In this document: piece after piece, positions 17,495 to 26,866 of the stretch
Position numbering within the stretch: position 1 is the first letter of the stretch
How the letters are laid out: each line of letters opens with the position of its first letter
The notes under the pieces: model-generated
The model's input: only the letters and a program-made list of their open reading frames with translations
Told to the model about the DNA's origin: nothing
Databases searched by the model: none
Position numbers and translations under genes: made by a program
Source: Candidatus Cerribacteria bacterium 'Amazon FNV 2010 28 9'
GTDB taxonomy: Bacteria; Patescibacteriota; Microgenomatia; UBA1400; UBA12028
Reading direction: 5' to 3'
DNA: 48,564 bases
Assembly (NCBI GenBank): GCA_003176165.1
Contig: PSRQ01000022.1
Span: forward strand, 1-48,564

Positions 17495-18499
17495 ATGGCA
17501 TTCAAACGTCCATCTTCCCATACCAAAAAACAAGAAGAACCTCTCGTTGATAATATCCCCGATGTGTTTGATGAGGATGGTCAAGAAAAAACATCCAGGC
17601 GTCCCGTGGTAGTGGAAGTAGAAAATGCAGATATCACGATCAATAAATTCCCAGAAAAAATTGAAACAGTAGTAAGTACACCCTCCACTGAAGAACCAGA
17701 TGCTGATGAAGAGATTGAAGCTGCTGATTTACCTCGTCCCAGCATGGGAAGTGACCAAACATCTTTGGAAACCAGAATTCCTGTGACACAAGTGATCAAT
17801 GATGATGGGGATGTTCCTCCTTCCAGTGCCATGTCGGATCAAAAAGGAGAAGAACCTTCTCTTCCATCATTTCTCACCAGTTCAAAACCAGAGGGAAATC
17901 CGTTGCGCTCCATGCCTGAACCAAAAACAATTGATATGTCTGCACCACAAACACCACAAGAAAAAGTGTTGGAACAAGTAGTGCCACAAGCGTTTGTGGG
18001 AGAAGTGAGTGCTGTAGCTGATCAGCAGAAGAGTGAGAAAAAAGGAATGCTCGTGAGCATCTTTATTATTTTGGGCATGGTCCTCGTTGCTGCGGGGATT
18101 GTCGGCCTCTACGTCATGACCAAAAAATCATCCGATCAACCGATCGCTACTCCCGCTCCTCAAGCTACACCTGTCCCGACACCAACAGTAGTGGTTGCGA
18201 CACCCACCCCGACACCTGATCCTGCTTTACTCAAATCAGTCAAAGTGAATGTGTTAAATGGCACGACGACAAAAGGATTGGCTGCCAAAGAGGCGGCTGT
18301 ATTGAAGTCTGCAGGTTTTACACTTGGAACTGTTGGAAATGGTTCTCCATCCGATGCAGGAACGATCTCTGTTCCAACAGGCAAAACAGCGATTGCTGAC
18401 GCGATCAAAGCAGCGTTGACTGGATTCACATTTACTGTCACTGAAGATGCGAAAGCCACGCAAGTCACCGTGACACTTGGAGCTCCAAGTAGTCAGTAA
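17495..18499 (+). CDS. LytR_C domain membrane protein
   Basis: Acidic N-terminal region, one TM helix, a Pro/Thr linker, then VNVLNGTTTKGLAAKEAAVLKSAGF. ATG 17495 is preferred over the track's TTG start at 17459. Confidence 0.65.
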   Translation: MAFKRPSSHTKKQEEPLVDNIPDVFDEDGQEKTSRRPVVVEVENADITINKFPEKIETVVSTPSTEEPDADEEIEAADLPRPSMGSDQTSLETRIPVTQVINDDGDVPPSSAMSDQKGEEPSLPSFLTSSKPEGNPLRSMPEPKTIDMSAPQTPQEKVLEQVVPQAFVGEVSAVADQQKSEKKGMLVSIFIILGMVLVAAGIVGLYVMTKKSSDQPIATPAPQATPVPTPTVVVATPTPTPDPALLKSVKVNVLNGTTTKGLAAKEAAVLKSAGFTLGTVGNGSPSDAGTISVPTGKTAIADAIKAALTGFTFTVTEDAKATQVTVTLGAPSSQ

Positions 18500-18503
18500 A
18501 ACT

Positions 18504-18821
18504 ATGCCATTTCCAGAGCGTCAAACTAGAGAAATTCCATTATGCATATGGATTATTGAGGATTCTCTCTATTCTCCAGAAGAGAGAAAGATTGTCCTAG
18601 AAAAACTTGTTCGGCTTGAAGATACCACAATGGAAGATTTACAAAAATCTTTGCAGTATGTCGTGGGTGAAGAACGAACCCTTATCCAAGTTGAGATCCA
18701 GCGGCGAACAGCAATGCCCGAAGGAGTTTTTGTTCCCTACCCATATCTGCCTATGGGTCCAGATACCCGTTTAGAAGAACTTCTCAATGAATATGATGAT
18801 ACTGTAGATGAATTGCCTTAA
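18504..18821 (+). CDS. hypothetical protein
   Basis: 105-aa ORF from ATG 18504, just after the previous stop. Confidence 0.45.
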   Translation: MPFPERQTREIPLCIWIIEDSLYSPEERKIVLEKLVRLEDTTMEDLQKSLQYVVGEERTLIQVEIQRRTAMPEGVFVPYPYLPMGPDTRLEELLNEYDDTVDELP

Positions 18822-18874
18822 GAATGACTTTCCTTCAGAATCATCCAAGTTTCCCATGATATAGTGCGGTGTGT

Positions 18875-19780
18875 ATGAGTAAGCATAGCAAGTGGTTGTT
18901 GGGTCTGACATTTCTATACATGTGTGGTGTTTCCGCGTACATGTTGTCGCATCGCATGTGGTTTTCTCCTGACCAATTTTTTCTGGTTGCACTCCTGGGC
19001 ATGATTTTCATTGGACGGGCGAAGATGTTTATCGTCGATTGGTTGCCATTTTTGCTATCATACTTTAGTTACGAGTTTTTACGCGGACTTGTTCCATTTG
19101 TTTCAAATCATGTGCACATTTGGACAATGATTCGTTTCGATACGTGGATGTTTGGTGCGATTCCCACAATTGTTTTACAACGTCTTTTTTACACACCGTC
19201 AAATCTGCATTGGTATGACTATGTTGCGGTCATCCTCTATATTTGTCATTTTGTGACGCCCATGATCGTGGGGTTTTATTTTTGGCTTACAGATCGAAAA
19301 CTCTTCAAAGAATTTTCTTGGGCATTTGTGACCTTATCGTATTGTGCTCTTGCAATTTATATTTTGTTTCCAGCAATGCCCCCATGGATGGCCAGTGGAA
19401 AAGGATATTTACCGCCGATTCAGGAAGTGACGGGTGTGGTCATGTCCCATTTCCTTCCTGCTCCAGGAGCAGTGCCGACGATCTATGCCATTATGGATGG
19501 GAATCCAGTCGCAGCCATGCCATCGCTTCATTTTGCATTGCCGATGCTTGTGTTCCTTTTCTTGTTGAAAAAGTTTAAATGGAAAGGTGTACTCTTCGCT
19601 CCGTATGTGTTTGGAGTAGGGTTTGCAGTGATATATTTGGGAGAGCATTACTTTATGGATGTGTTGGCGGGGGGCGTATTGGCTTGTCTCGTCTTTCTGG
19701 GTGTCCAGCGGCGCACAGCAATTGGAGCATTGGCTTCGAAATTTTGGAAACGAAGAGTCGTCGTTCTTCCTGCGGTTTAA
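18875..19780 (+). CDS. PAP2-superfamily membrane protein (IPC/sphingomyelin-synthase-like PAP2_C type)
   Basis: Polytopic protein with AMPSLH and GEHYFMDVLAG motifs. Confidence 0.6.
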   Translation: MSKHSKWLLGLTFLYMCGVSAYMLSHRMWFSPDQFFLVALLGMIFIGRAKMFIVDWLPFLLSYFSYEFLRGLVPFVSNHVHIWTMIRFDTWMFGAIPTIVLQRLFYTPSNLHWYDYVAVILYICHFVTPMIVGFYFWLTDRKLFKEFSWAFVTLSYCALAIYILFPAMPPWMASGKGYLPPIQEVTGVVMSHFLPAPGAVPTIYAIMDGNPVAAMPSLHFALPMLVFLFLLKKFKWKGVLFAPYVFGVGFAVIYLGEHYFMDVLAGGVLACLVFLGVQRRTAIGALASKFWKRRVVVLPAV

Positions 19781-20482
19781 TTATTGTTGTGTCGTAACAC
19801 CTCTTTTTTGACAGTATTTTTCAATGGGACATGTAGAGCATTTGGGTATTTTTGGAAAACAGATCGTTTGGCCGTGTGCAACAAAGACACGATTGACGAT
19901 CGAGTGAAATCGTTTGGGGATGAGTGTGGTGAGTTGACGCTCTGTTTCTTCGACGGTTGGCATCTCATCTTGTTGAGGACTCCCTCTGTGTCTCCCTCTT
20001 TTTAAGAGGGAAAGTTTCGTATGTGTCCATCCGAGTCGGTACGTGATGCGATGCACATGCGTATCGACCGCGATTTGTGGAGTGTTAAAAAATGTCGTGA
20101 GGATGATGTTGGCAGTTTTTCTCCCAACGCGTGGAAGAGCGAGCAGTTGTTCTTCTGTTTGAGGAACTTTTCCTTGGTATTGGGTGACCAATATGTGGGC
20201 GAGCTCTTTGAGTGCTTTGGCTTTTTGTTGATAAAAGGTGCTGGGGCGGATACGGTCTGTTAACTCTTCCAATGGCATTCGATCAAGATCAGCTGCAGTT
20301 ATGATGTGTTCAAAAAGTTGAGCGGCCAGTGGTACCGTGACACTATCGCGAGAACGTTGCGACAAGATGACCGCAACGAGCATTCGAAACGGATCACCTC
20401 CATGGACTTCATGCATGGCAAGCGTTGGATAGGTTGTGTTGAGAATGTTCAATACTGCTTCAACTTCTGTTTGGGAAGGCAT
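19781..20482 (-). CDS. nth: endonuclease III
   Basis: HhH-GPD motif LPRVGRKTANIIL and a C-terminal CX6CX2CX5C cluster (CFPKIPKCSTCPIEKYC). Confidence 0.88.
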   Translation of the reverse strand: MPSQTEVEAVLNILNTTYPTLAMHEVHGGDPFRMLVAVILSQRSRDSVTVPLAAQLFEHIITAADLDRMPLEELTDRIRPSTFYQQKAKALKELAHILVTQYQGKVPQTEEQLLALPRVGRKTANIILTTFFNTPQIAVDTHVHRITYRLGWTHTKLSLLKRGRHRGSPQQDEMPTVEETERQLTTLIPKRFHSIVNRVFVAHGQTICFPKIPKCSTCPIEKYCQKRGVTTQQ

Positions 20483-20490
20483 ATGATGTT

Positions 20491-20640
20491 AAAAATTTTC
20501 AATTCTCAATTTCCAGTACATATTTAAATGATGTAATGAATAGTTTGAATTATTGTAACATTGAAAATTCAATGCAAATTAAACATTGCATAATTGTAAA
20601 TTGCTCTTGACGCTTTTCGCTTCACGCTTTACGCTGTCAC
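20491..20640. repeat. block of degenerate tandem heptamer arrays in the nth-rdgB spacer
   Basis: TTCAATT CTCAATT (20491-20519). AACATTG AAAATTC AATGCAA ATTAAAC ATTGCAT AATTGTA AATTGCT (20557-20605). CTTGACG CTTTTCG CTTCACG CTTTACG CTGTCAC (20606-20640). Confidence 0.75.
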
Positions 20641-20642
20641 TC

Positions 20643-21254
20643 ATGACAGAACTTCTTTTGGCAACCAACAATGGCGGAAAAGCACGGGAGATCCAAACTA
20701 TTTTGCATCACCTAGGGATTGAAGATATCAAAATCCTTACTCTTTCAGATGTTCACTTAAGCGGATTTGCAGTCGAAGAAACAGGTCACACGTATGAGGA
20801 CAACGCTACGCTTAAAGCGAAAACGCTTGCGGATAAAACCAGGCATCTGACAATTGCGGATGATAGTGGCATTGAAGTCACCGCGTTGGGTCATAAACCG
20901 GGCGTCTATTCAGCGCGCTATGCGAAGGGGAGTGATACTGATCGTTGTCACAAATTGCTCAAAGAATTGGAAGGGAAAGAAGACCGCAGTGCGAAGTTTG
21001 TCTGTGTGATCGTGTACATTGATCCACATGGGAACGAGCGTCATGTTTTCCACGGAGAATGCAAAGGATTGATTGCTCCTGCTTTGCAAGGAACGCATGG
21101 GTTTGGATATGATCCACTTTTTGTGCCAGAAGGATATCATCAAACCATGGCAGAGCTTGGCAGTGACGTGAAGGATCAGATCAGTCATCGTGCAAAAGCA
21201 TTGCAAGCGTTTGCAACTTGGTGGAAAGGACACAAAAAGGTACATGAAACATAA
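20643..21254 (+). CDS. rdgB: non-canonical purine NTP pyrophosphatase (RdgB/HAM1)
   Basis: LLLATNNGGKAREI, IADDSGIEV and FGYDPLF motifs. ATG 20643 is preferred because the track start reads through the heptamer arrays. Confidence 0.88.
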   Translation: MTELLLATNNGGKAREIQTILHHLGIEDIKILTLSDVHLSGFAVEETGHTYEDNATLKAKTLADKTRHLTIADDSGIEVTALGHKPGVYSARYAKGSDTDRCHKLLKELEGKEDRSAKFVCVIVYIDPHGNERHVFHGECKGLIAPALQGTHGFGYDPLFVPEGYHQTMAELGSDVKDQISHRAKALQAFATWWKGHKKVHET

Positions 21255-21290
21255 AAAATGGGTGACCTGAATAATTCAAGTCACCCGTGA
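21253..21290. terminator. bidirectional hairpin terminator
   Basis: GGGTGAC (21260-66) and GTCACCC (21280-86) with an A-run on the left, between convergent genes. Confidence 0.6.
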
Positions 21291-21293
21291 TTG

Positions 21294-21545
21294 TTAGCTA
21301 AAGATGAGTTCTGTTTTGCCTTCGAGATATTTTACCTCGATATCCCATCCTGGATATCTTTCTCTGAGCGCTTCCATCACATCATCTCCGTCAAGCCAAA
21401 TGGCTTGAAAGTGGTCGGTATCAGAGAAAATACTGACGCTATCTCCGATTTTTTTCCAACCGCGCAAAAGTTTTTCATCGATGATGGATTCAAGAAGACC
21501 CATGATCTTTTGAACTTCAAGAAGACGTTGTTTTGTGACAGCCAT
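21294..21545 (-). CDS. hypothetical small protein
   Basis: 83-aa ORF with a GAGGA RBS 8 nt upstream. Preferred over the overlapping plus-strand ORF 21291..21548, whose translation is low-complexity. Confidence 0.5.
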   Translation of the reverse strand: MAVTKQRLLEVQKIMGLLESIIDEKLLRGWKKIGDSVSIFSDTDHFQAIWLDGDDVMEALRERYPGWDIEVKYLEGKTELIFS

Positions 21546-21606
21546 TGATCACATCCTCATTTTGCCAACGATGTGAATATCATAGTACGGAAGAAAGAGA
21601 GATCAA

Positions 21607-21825
21607 CTAGTGCAACTTCCACCACAAAAAGGCAATGAGCCCCAACAAAAGAAGAGCAACCATGATTGTTTTTATAATATCTTGTTTGAGAGTTGGTGAG
21701 GTTGTTTGCTCTTCAACCCTCGGAGTGGGTGGAGCTGATTTGGGTAATCGATATGTCGTACTTTTTTGCACCAGTGTACGCTGAAGATTTCCTTGTGTTT
21801 GCGGTTTTTCCAGTTTGTAGGCCAT
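21607..21825 (-). CDS. small C-terminally anchored membrane protein
   Basis: ATG 21825 is preferred to the TTG at 21867 inside a heptamer array. C-terminal helix IMVALLLLGLIAFLWW. No clear SD. Confidence 0.35.
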   Translation of the reverse strand: MAYKLEKPQTQGNLQRTLVQKSTTYRLPKSAPPTPRVEEQTTSPTLKQDIIKTIMVALLLLGLIAFLWWKLH

Positions 21826-21850
21826 GAGGGTAGGGTACAAGGAGAACATC

Positions 21851-21878
21851 CAATTTTCAATATTCAATGTTCAACTTA
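21851..21878. repeat. tandem heptamer array CAANNTT x4
   Basis: CAATTTT CAATATT CAATGTT CAACTTA. Its reverse complement matches AACATTGAAAATT at 20557-20570 (about 13/14). Confidence 0.65.
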
Positions 21879-21948
21879 GTATATCGATGCAGTTGCAGCT
21901 CACTTGACTTTATGAGTACAATGATCATCTTTTCGAAAGGAGAAACCT

Positions 21949-22248
21949 ATGATGGTTCCACAAGAAAGAGTCATGCGAATTGAACAGCAAGCTTCGATCC
22001 CGCTCAATGAGCGCACGGTCTTGTCATATGCGCGAGCACTTGCGGAATTTATTGATCAATATGAGAGTAAAGGGTACGTTTTTGATTCAGCGCTGAGTAC
22101 CGTGGCTATTTGGGTGTTTTTGTTTGATGCAGAAACGCAGCTTTCTCCAAGTGAGTATGCAGTTGATACTCCAATCTCACCTGAAGCTGTTGCAACTGCT
22201 TTTGTGAACGAGATGAGAGCGCAACAACATTCTTATATTCAAGAATGA
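21949..22248 (+). CDS. hypothetical protein
   Basis: 99-aa ORF with RBS AAAGGAGA upstream. Confidence 0.5.
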   Translation: MMVPQERVMRIEQQASIPLNERTVLSYARALAEFIDQYESKGYVFDSALSTVAIWVFLFDAETQLSPSEYAVDTPISPEAVATAFVNEMRAQQHSYIQE

Positions 22249-22335
22249 AGTGCAACTTTTCTTTTGTGGGAGTGATATGGTACGATTAAACTCTGTTGGA
22301 ACAATGGAAGACTTCGTTATCTTGAAAGGCAATGT

Positions 22336-23556
22336 ATGCAAGCAAAACAGTTGGGAATCCTCATCGGTACCTATGCAGTGACTGCCATTGTCGCGTTCGT
22401 GGGATTTAAAATGGCGTTCAATAGCGGAGCACTGACTCCTTCACTTCCAGGAAATAGTGGACTTGCCGGACTCATTTCTCCAGTTGTTCCTGGTGCGAGT
22501 GGCAGTTTGGCTGTGAATACACAAGCTCCAAAGACCGAAGTCTGTCCAATCAATGGTGAAAAGTACACAGCGGCAGAAAAAGATGCGTGGAGTAAGCAAC
22601 GCCCTCTCATGGTCATGATTGAAAATCATCCCGATGCGCGTCCTCAATCAGGTCTGGATTTTACAGATGTTGTATATGAGACTGTTGCCGAGGGAGGGAT
22701 CACTCGTTTTATGGGTGTCTTCTACTGTGCAGCTCAAGCCAAAGATGAAATTGTCGCTCCAGTGCGTAGTGCTCGCCAAGCATTTATTGATTATGCAAGT
22801 GAGTACAACTTCCCACTCTATGCGCATGTCGGAGGTGCTAACAACTTCCCACCCCAAACAGATGGAGGAACAGATCCTCGCGTTCAAGCGCTTGAGCACC
22901 TTCAACAGTATGGATGGACACTTTCTAATGATATTGATGGAATGTCAGCGGGTTACCCAACCTTTGTGCGTAACTACAATCGTATTCCTGGAAAGCAAAT
23001 TGCAACCGAACATACAATGGAATCCTCCACGTATCGACTTTGGGATTTGGGTGCAAAGCGCGGCTTAACTGATATTGGGAAAGATGGCAAAGATTGGCAA
23101 ACAGGATTTGTCCCATGGCAGTTCCAAGACGATGCCGATGCGGGTGCACGTCCTCAATCACAAGTGGTCAAATATGACTTTTGGTCAGGAATTCCAGGGT
23201 TTGACGTGCAATGGAACTATGATCCAAGTACCAATGAGTACAAGCGAACTATGGCTGGTGCTCCTCATATCGATCAGGATGACAATCAGCAATTGACTGC
23301 GAAAAATGTCGTTGTTCTTTATACAAAAGAGTATCCCTCAGTTGATATGCACAAACACGTGTATTACCAAACTATAGGAAATGGCAATGCTGTTGTCTTC
23401 CAAGATGGTGTGCGTATTGATGCGACTTGGGTTAAGAAAGACCGCTTATCTCGCTTAACCTTCCTTGATAGCAAGGGACATGAGATTAAGTTTGTCCGGG
23501 GTCGCATCTGGATTACGATCTTGGGGACGGGGAATACATCTCTGTCTGTGCAGTAA
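22336..23556 (+). CDS. DUF3048 (YerB-like) secreted protein
   Basis: N-terminal TM helix and MIENHPDARPQSGLDFTDVVYETVAEGGITRFMGVFY, typical of DUF3048. Confidence 0.75.
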   Translation: MQAKQLGILIGTYAVTAIVAFVGFKMAFNSGALTPSLPGNSGLAGLISPVVPGASGSLAVNTQAPKTEVCPINGEKYTAAEKDAWSKQRPLMVMIENHPDARPQSGLDFTDVVYETVAEGGITRFMGVFYCAAQAKDEIVAPVRSARQAFIDYASEYNFPLYAHVGGANNFPPQTDGGTDPRVQALEHLQQYGWTLSNDIDGMSAGYPTFVRNYNRIPGKQIATEHTMESSTYRLWDLGAKRGLTDIGKDGKDWQTGFVPWQFQDDADAGARPQSQVVKYDFWSGIPGFDVQWNYDPSTNEYKRTMAGAPHIDQDDNQQLTAKNVVVLYTKEYPSVDMHKHVYYQTIGNGNAVVFQDGVRIDATWVKKDRLSRLTFLDSKGHEIKFVRGRIWITILGTGNTSLSVQ

Positions 23557-23657
23557 TGTTTACTGATCCCTGAGAATGTTTGTGCTTGCATTTTGTCTGC
23601 CGTTTGCTAGTATGGGGTCACGCAATGAGGGCAAATTGTCCTCAGTTCAGTGAACAT

Positions 23658-24260
23658 ATGGCAGAACTTTCCGATTTCATGGTGAGTAAAGTACGTGCAA
23701 AACTCATTGAGTTGTTTTTTCGCAACCCCAGTGAGATGTGGTATGTGCGTGAACTGACGCGTTTGACTGGTGAGGAAATCAACGCAGTTCGTCGTGAGCT
23801 AGCGCGTATGACTGAGAGTGGAATGGTCAAGAGTGAAGAGCGTGGGAATAGGCTCTATTACATGCTAAATCATCACTACGAATTTTTTCCCGAGCTTCTC
23901 ACGGCAGTTGCAAAGACATCTGGTCTTGGCAAAGACATGAAGCGCAATAGGAAAAAATTGGGTGACATTGACTTTATTATGTTTTCAGGAAAATTTGCGC
24001 GATTTGGATCTCACTCAAATACGGATGTAGATATTTTGATTGTAGGAAATGTAGTATTACCTGAGTTGTCAGTCCTTGTGAAAAAAGAAGAGGAGAAGCG
24101 CGGCTACGAGATCAACTATACGGTGATTTCGAAAGAAGAATTTGAGTTTCGTAAAGAACGCCGTGATCCATTCCTGCGAGAAATTTTAGCGGGAAGTCGT
24201 GTTATGATTATTGGATCTGAAGATGAAATGTTGGAAACCAAACCACAATTGAGTACGTAA
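23658..24260 (+). CDS. winged-helix transcriptional regulator with nucleotidyltransferase-like C-terminal domain
   Basis: ArsR-like wHTH (YVRELTRLTGEEINAVRRELARMTESGMV). The C-terminal part has GS..DVDILIV. Confidence 0.6.
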   Translation: MAELSDFMVSKVRAKLIELFFRNPSEMWYVRELTRLTGEEINAVRRELARMTESGMVKSEERGNRLYYMLNHHYEFFPELLTAVAKTSGLGKDMKRNRKKLGDIDFIMFSGKFARFGSHSNTDVDILIVGNVVLPELSVLVKKEEEKRGYEINYTVISKEEFEFRKERRDPFLREILAGSRVMIIGSEDEMLETKPQLST

Positions 24261-24272
24261 TACCTTTCCTGT

Positions 24273-25769
24273 ATGTCAAAGCGCTTCGCTCTTATCCTTT
24301 ATTTTCTTTTGCTTGTGGTTGCTATTTGTACAGTCGTTGTCGATATTCCGGCAACAGTGACCATTTCACTTGGAAAAGATAAAGTGTGTGCATCACTGCC
24401 GCATTCTGTGTGTTCACTTCTGCCACTCCCAAAAACAAAAGACATTCTGTTGACTCGTCCTCAGTTCAATGTAAACGTTGCTGGAATAAAGCTTTCACGC
24501 GACTTGGAAGTGAAACAAGGATTGGATATTGCGGGTGGAACGCAGGTTACACTTGCTGCAGATATGAGTCAAATTGCTCCGCCAGATCGAGATAAAGCAT
24601 TACAAACCGCCCAGCAAATCATTGAACGACGTATTAACTTGTATGGAGTGAGTGAGGCGACAGTGCAAACTGCCAAATCGACCAATGAGTACCGTCTCGT
24701 TGCAGAAATCCCAGGAATATCAGATAGCTCACAAGCTGTTCAACTTATTGGTTCGACCGCCCAACTTGATTTTCGCGAGTACAAGCCGACATCTGGATCG
24801 GGGAAGATTGCCAGTACTTCAGGAGTATTGGTCAGCGATTTTAAACCGACCGATCTTTCGGGAAAAGATTTAGCCAATGCCTCGGTTGCTTTCGATTCTC
24901 AAACAGGGAAGCCATATATTTCTCTCCAATTTACACCTGACGGAACCAAAAAATTCGCTGAGATTACCTCGCGCAATGTGGGAAAGCCATTGGCGATTTT
25001 TATTGATGACTACCCAATCACTATCCCAGTGGTTTCGCAGGCAATCACGACTGGTCAAGCACAAATTTCTGGTGACTTTAGCACAGATGATGCAAATAAC
25101 ATGAGTATTGCGTTAAATGCTGGCGCTCTTCCAGTTCCCATCTCAGTCATCGGACAACAGACCGTGGATGCAACGTTAGGGAACCAAGCAGTGCAACGAT
25201 CTGTGCAGGCAATTTTGATTGGTATCGGCATTATTTTCCTCTTTATGATCTTGCTCTATGATCTCAAAGGCTTGATTGCTGTCGCGTCGCTCTTACTGTA
25301 TGGATTGATCACGCTTGCACTGTATAAATTGATCCCGATCACACTCTCGCTTGCGGGAATTGCCGGTTTCCTCCTTTCGATGGGCATGGCTGTAGATACC
25401 AACATTTTGGTATTTGAGCGATTGAAGGAAGAGGAGCGAAAATCAATCAAGCGCACACGCGAACAATTGTTAAACCAAGCCTTTTCACGAGCTTGGAATT
25501 CAATTCGTGATGCTAACTTCACGACACTCATCACGTGTTTTGTGTTGTACAACCCGTTTGAGTGGGAGTTCTTAAACAGATCAGGGATGGTGCGGGGATT
25601 TGCACTCACACTGGCGCTTGGAATTTTCTTGAACATTCTCTGTGGGATGGGTGTGACGCGTGTGTTGATGACGATGTTTTACTCTCCTTTGTCATCCCGT
25701 AGGAGGCAGTCCGCCGATGAGGCGGCGAGCCTGCATACGGGATCCAGGCAAAAGAGCAACGAGAGATGA
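24273..25769 (+). CDS. secD: protein translocase subunit SecD (with repeat-encoded C-terminal tail)
   Basis: GLDIAGGTQVTL and the 6-TM C-terminal domain. The last roughly 26 aa are encoded by a palindromic element. Confidence 0.88.
   Translation: MSKRFALILYFLLLVVAICTVVVDIPATVTISLGKDKVCASLPHSVCSLLPLPKTKDILLTRPQFNVNVAGIKLSRDLEVKQGLDIAGGTQVTLAADMSQIAPPDRDKALQTAQQIIERRINLYGVSEATVQTAKSTNEYRLVAEIPGISDSSQAVQLIGSTAQLDFREYKPTSGSGKIASTSGVLVSDFKPTDLSGKDLANASVAFDSQTGKPYISLQFTPDGTKKFAEITSRNVGKPLAIFIDDYPITIPVVSQAITTGQAQISGDFSTDDANNMSIALNAGALPVPISVIGQQTVDATLGNQAVQRSVQAILIGIGIIFLFMILLYDLKGLIAVASLLLYGLITLALYKLIPITLSLAGIAGFLLSMGMAVDTNILVFERLKEEERKSIKRTREQLLNQAFSRAWNSIRDANFTTLITCFVLYNPFEWEFLNRSGMVRGFALTLALGIFLNILCGMGVTRVLMTMFYSPLSSRRRQSADEAASLHTGSRQKSNER
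25689..25750. repeat. GTCATCCCGTAGGAGGCAG..GCCTGCATACGGGATCC element at the secD 3' end
   Basis: Same element type as 41738-41783 in dnaX. Stems are CCCGTA/TACGGG and CCGCC/GGCGG. Confidence 0.7.
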
Positions 25770-25806
25770 AATATACACTAGGATAGTAAGGAAATACCTT
25801 TTAACT

Positions 25807-26685
25807 ATGCACACTTCCTTTATTGCACGCAATACCAAGTACTTTATCCTCATCTCAGCACTCTTTTTGGTGCCTGGTATATATTCGCTCATTCGCTTTG
25901 GGTTAAAGCCCAGTATTGATTTCACGGGTGGCGCGACTCTGACGTTACAATTGAGTAAACCAGTCGGTGATCTTTCTTCGATTCGGAAAGTGGTAGAGTC
26001 GAAAGTGCATGTGAGCTCATTGGTTCATAGTGGAGCTCAAGACATTGTGGTGCGTACAGCGCCAATGGATGTGACGACCAAGGATACGGTGGAAGCTTCA
26101 TTGAAAACAATCGATCCAAATATACGAGAGCTCTCGTATGAGACGATTGGGCCTACACTGGGGAAAGAGCTCTTGGTTAAAACTGGTATTGGCGTAGTGG
26201 CAGCTATTTCACTCATCATTATTTACTTGGCGATGCGATTTCCATCGCCAGCGTTTGGTGTGAGTGCAGCACTTGCCGGTGTGCACGATGTACTCATTAT
26301 CCTTGGGACATTTAGTTTGCTTGGGCATTTTTATGGAGTAGAAGTGGATGTGCTGTTTGTCACGGCTATTTTGACAGTTCTCTCATTTTCACTCCACGAC
26401 ACGCTCATCGTCTACGACCGCATCCGTGAGCGGATGAAGAAGGCGGCGAGTGGGCAGTTTGGAAAGATTGTAGATGAAGCGGTATTAGAAACGATTAATC
26501 GGAGTTTGCGCAACTCACTGGCAGTTATACTTATGCTATTGGTTGGAGTATTGCTTGGGGGAGAAACATTGCGTTGGTTTTTGTTTGCACTTCTCGTAGG
26601 TACCATTACGGGGACATACTCGAGTATTTGTGTCGCACTTCCCATTCTTGTAGCCTGGAAACGGGTGACTTCGAAAGAAAAATAG
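25807..26685 (+). CDS. secF: protein translocase subunit SecF
   Basis: IDFTGGATLTLQ and the 6-TM domain. ATG 25807 is preferred to the track start inside the secD tail. Confidence 0.88.
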   Translation: MHTSFIARNTKYFILISALFLVPGIYSLIRFGLKPSIDFTGGATLTLQLSKPVGDLSSIRKVVESKVHVSSLVHSGAQDIVVRTAPMDVTTKDTVEASLKTIDPNIRELSYETIGPTLGKELLVKTGIGVVAAISLIIIYLAMRFPSPAFGVSAALAGVHDVLIILGTFSLLGHFYGVEVDVLFVTAILTVLSFSLHDTLIVYDRIRERMKKAASGQFGKIVDEAVLETINRSLRNSLAVILMLLVGVLLGGETLRWFLFALLVGTITGTYSSICVALPILVAWKRVTSKEK

Positions 26686-26707
26686 ATGTTCATTCTAAGC
26701 CTATAAC

Positions 26708-26736
26708 TTGATTTTTCCTTACCTTTTTGATACAAT
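26708..26736 (+). promoter_or_regulatory. sigma70-like promoter
   Basis: TTGATT, a 17-nt spacer, then TACAAT. Confidence 0.45.
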
Positions 26737-26866
26737 TCTCTCAAGCGGTTAGAAATAGCTCTTTGACATGTGTTTCCAAAGGCTTCAGGATGTGACGATG
26801 TCCATTATTTTTCTTGCATTCCGCAGGAATGGATATCGACAACATCCTGATTCAAAGGAAAAAATC

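Noticed and set aside
20491-20640. Considered whether the tandem short repeats here (and at 34298-34367 and 47986-48027) could be a CRISPR array.
   Set aside because: The repeat unit is 7 nt with no spacers, and no cas genes are present. These are simple-sequence heptamer arrays.
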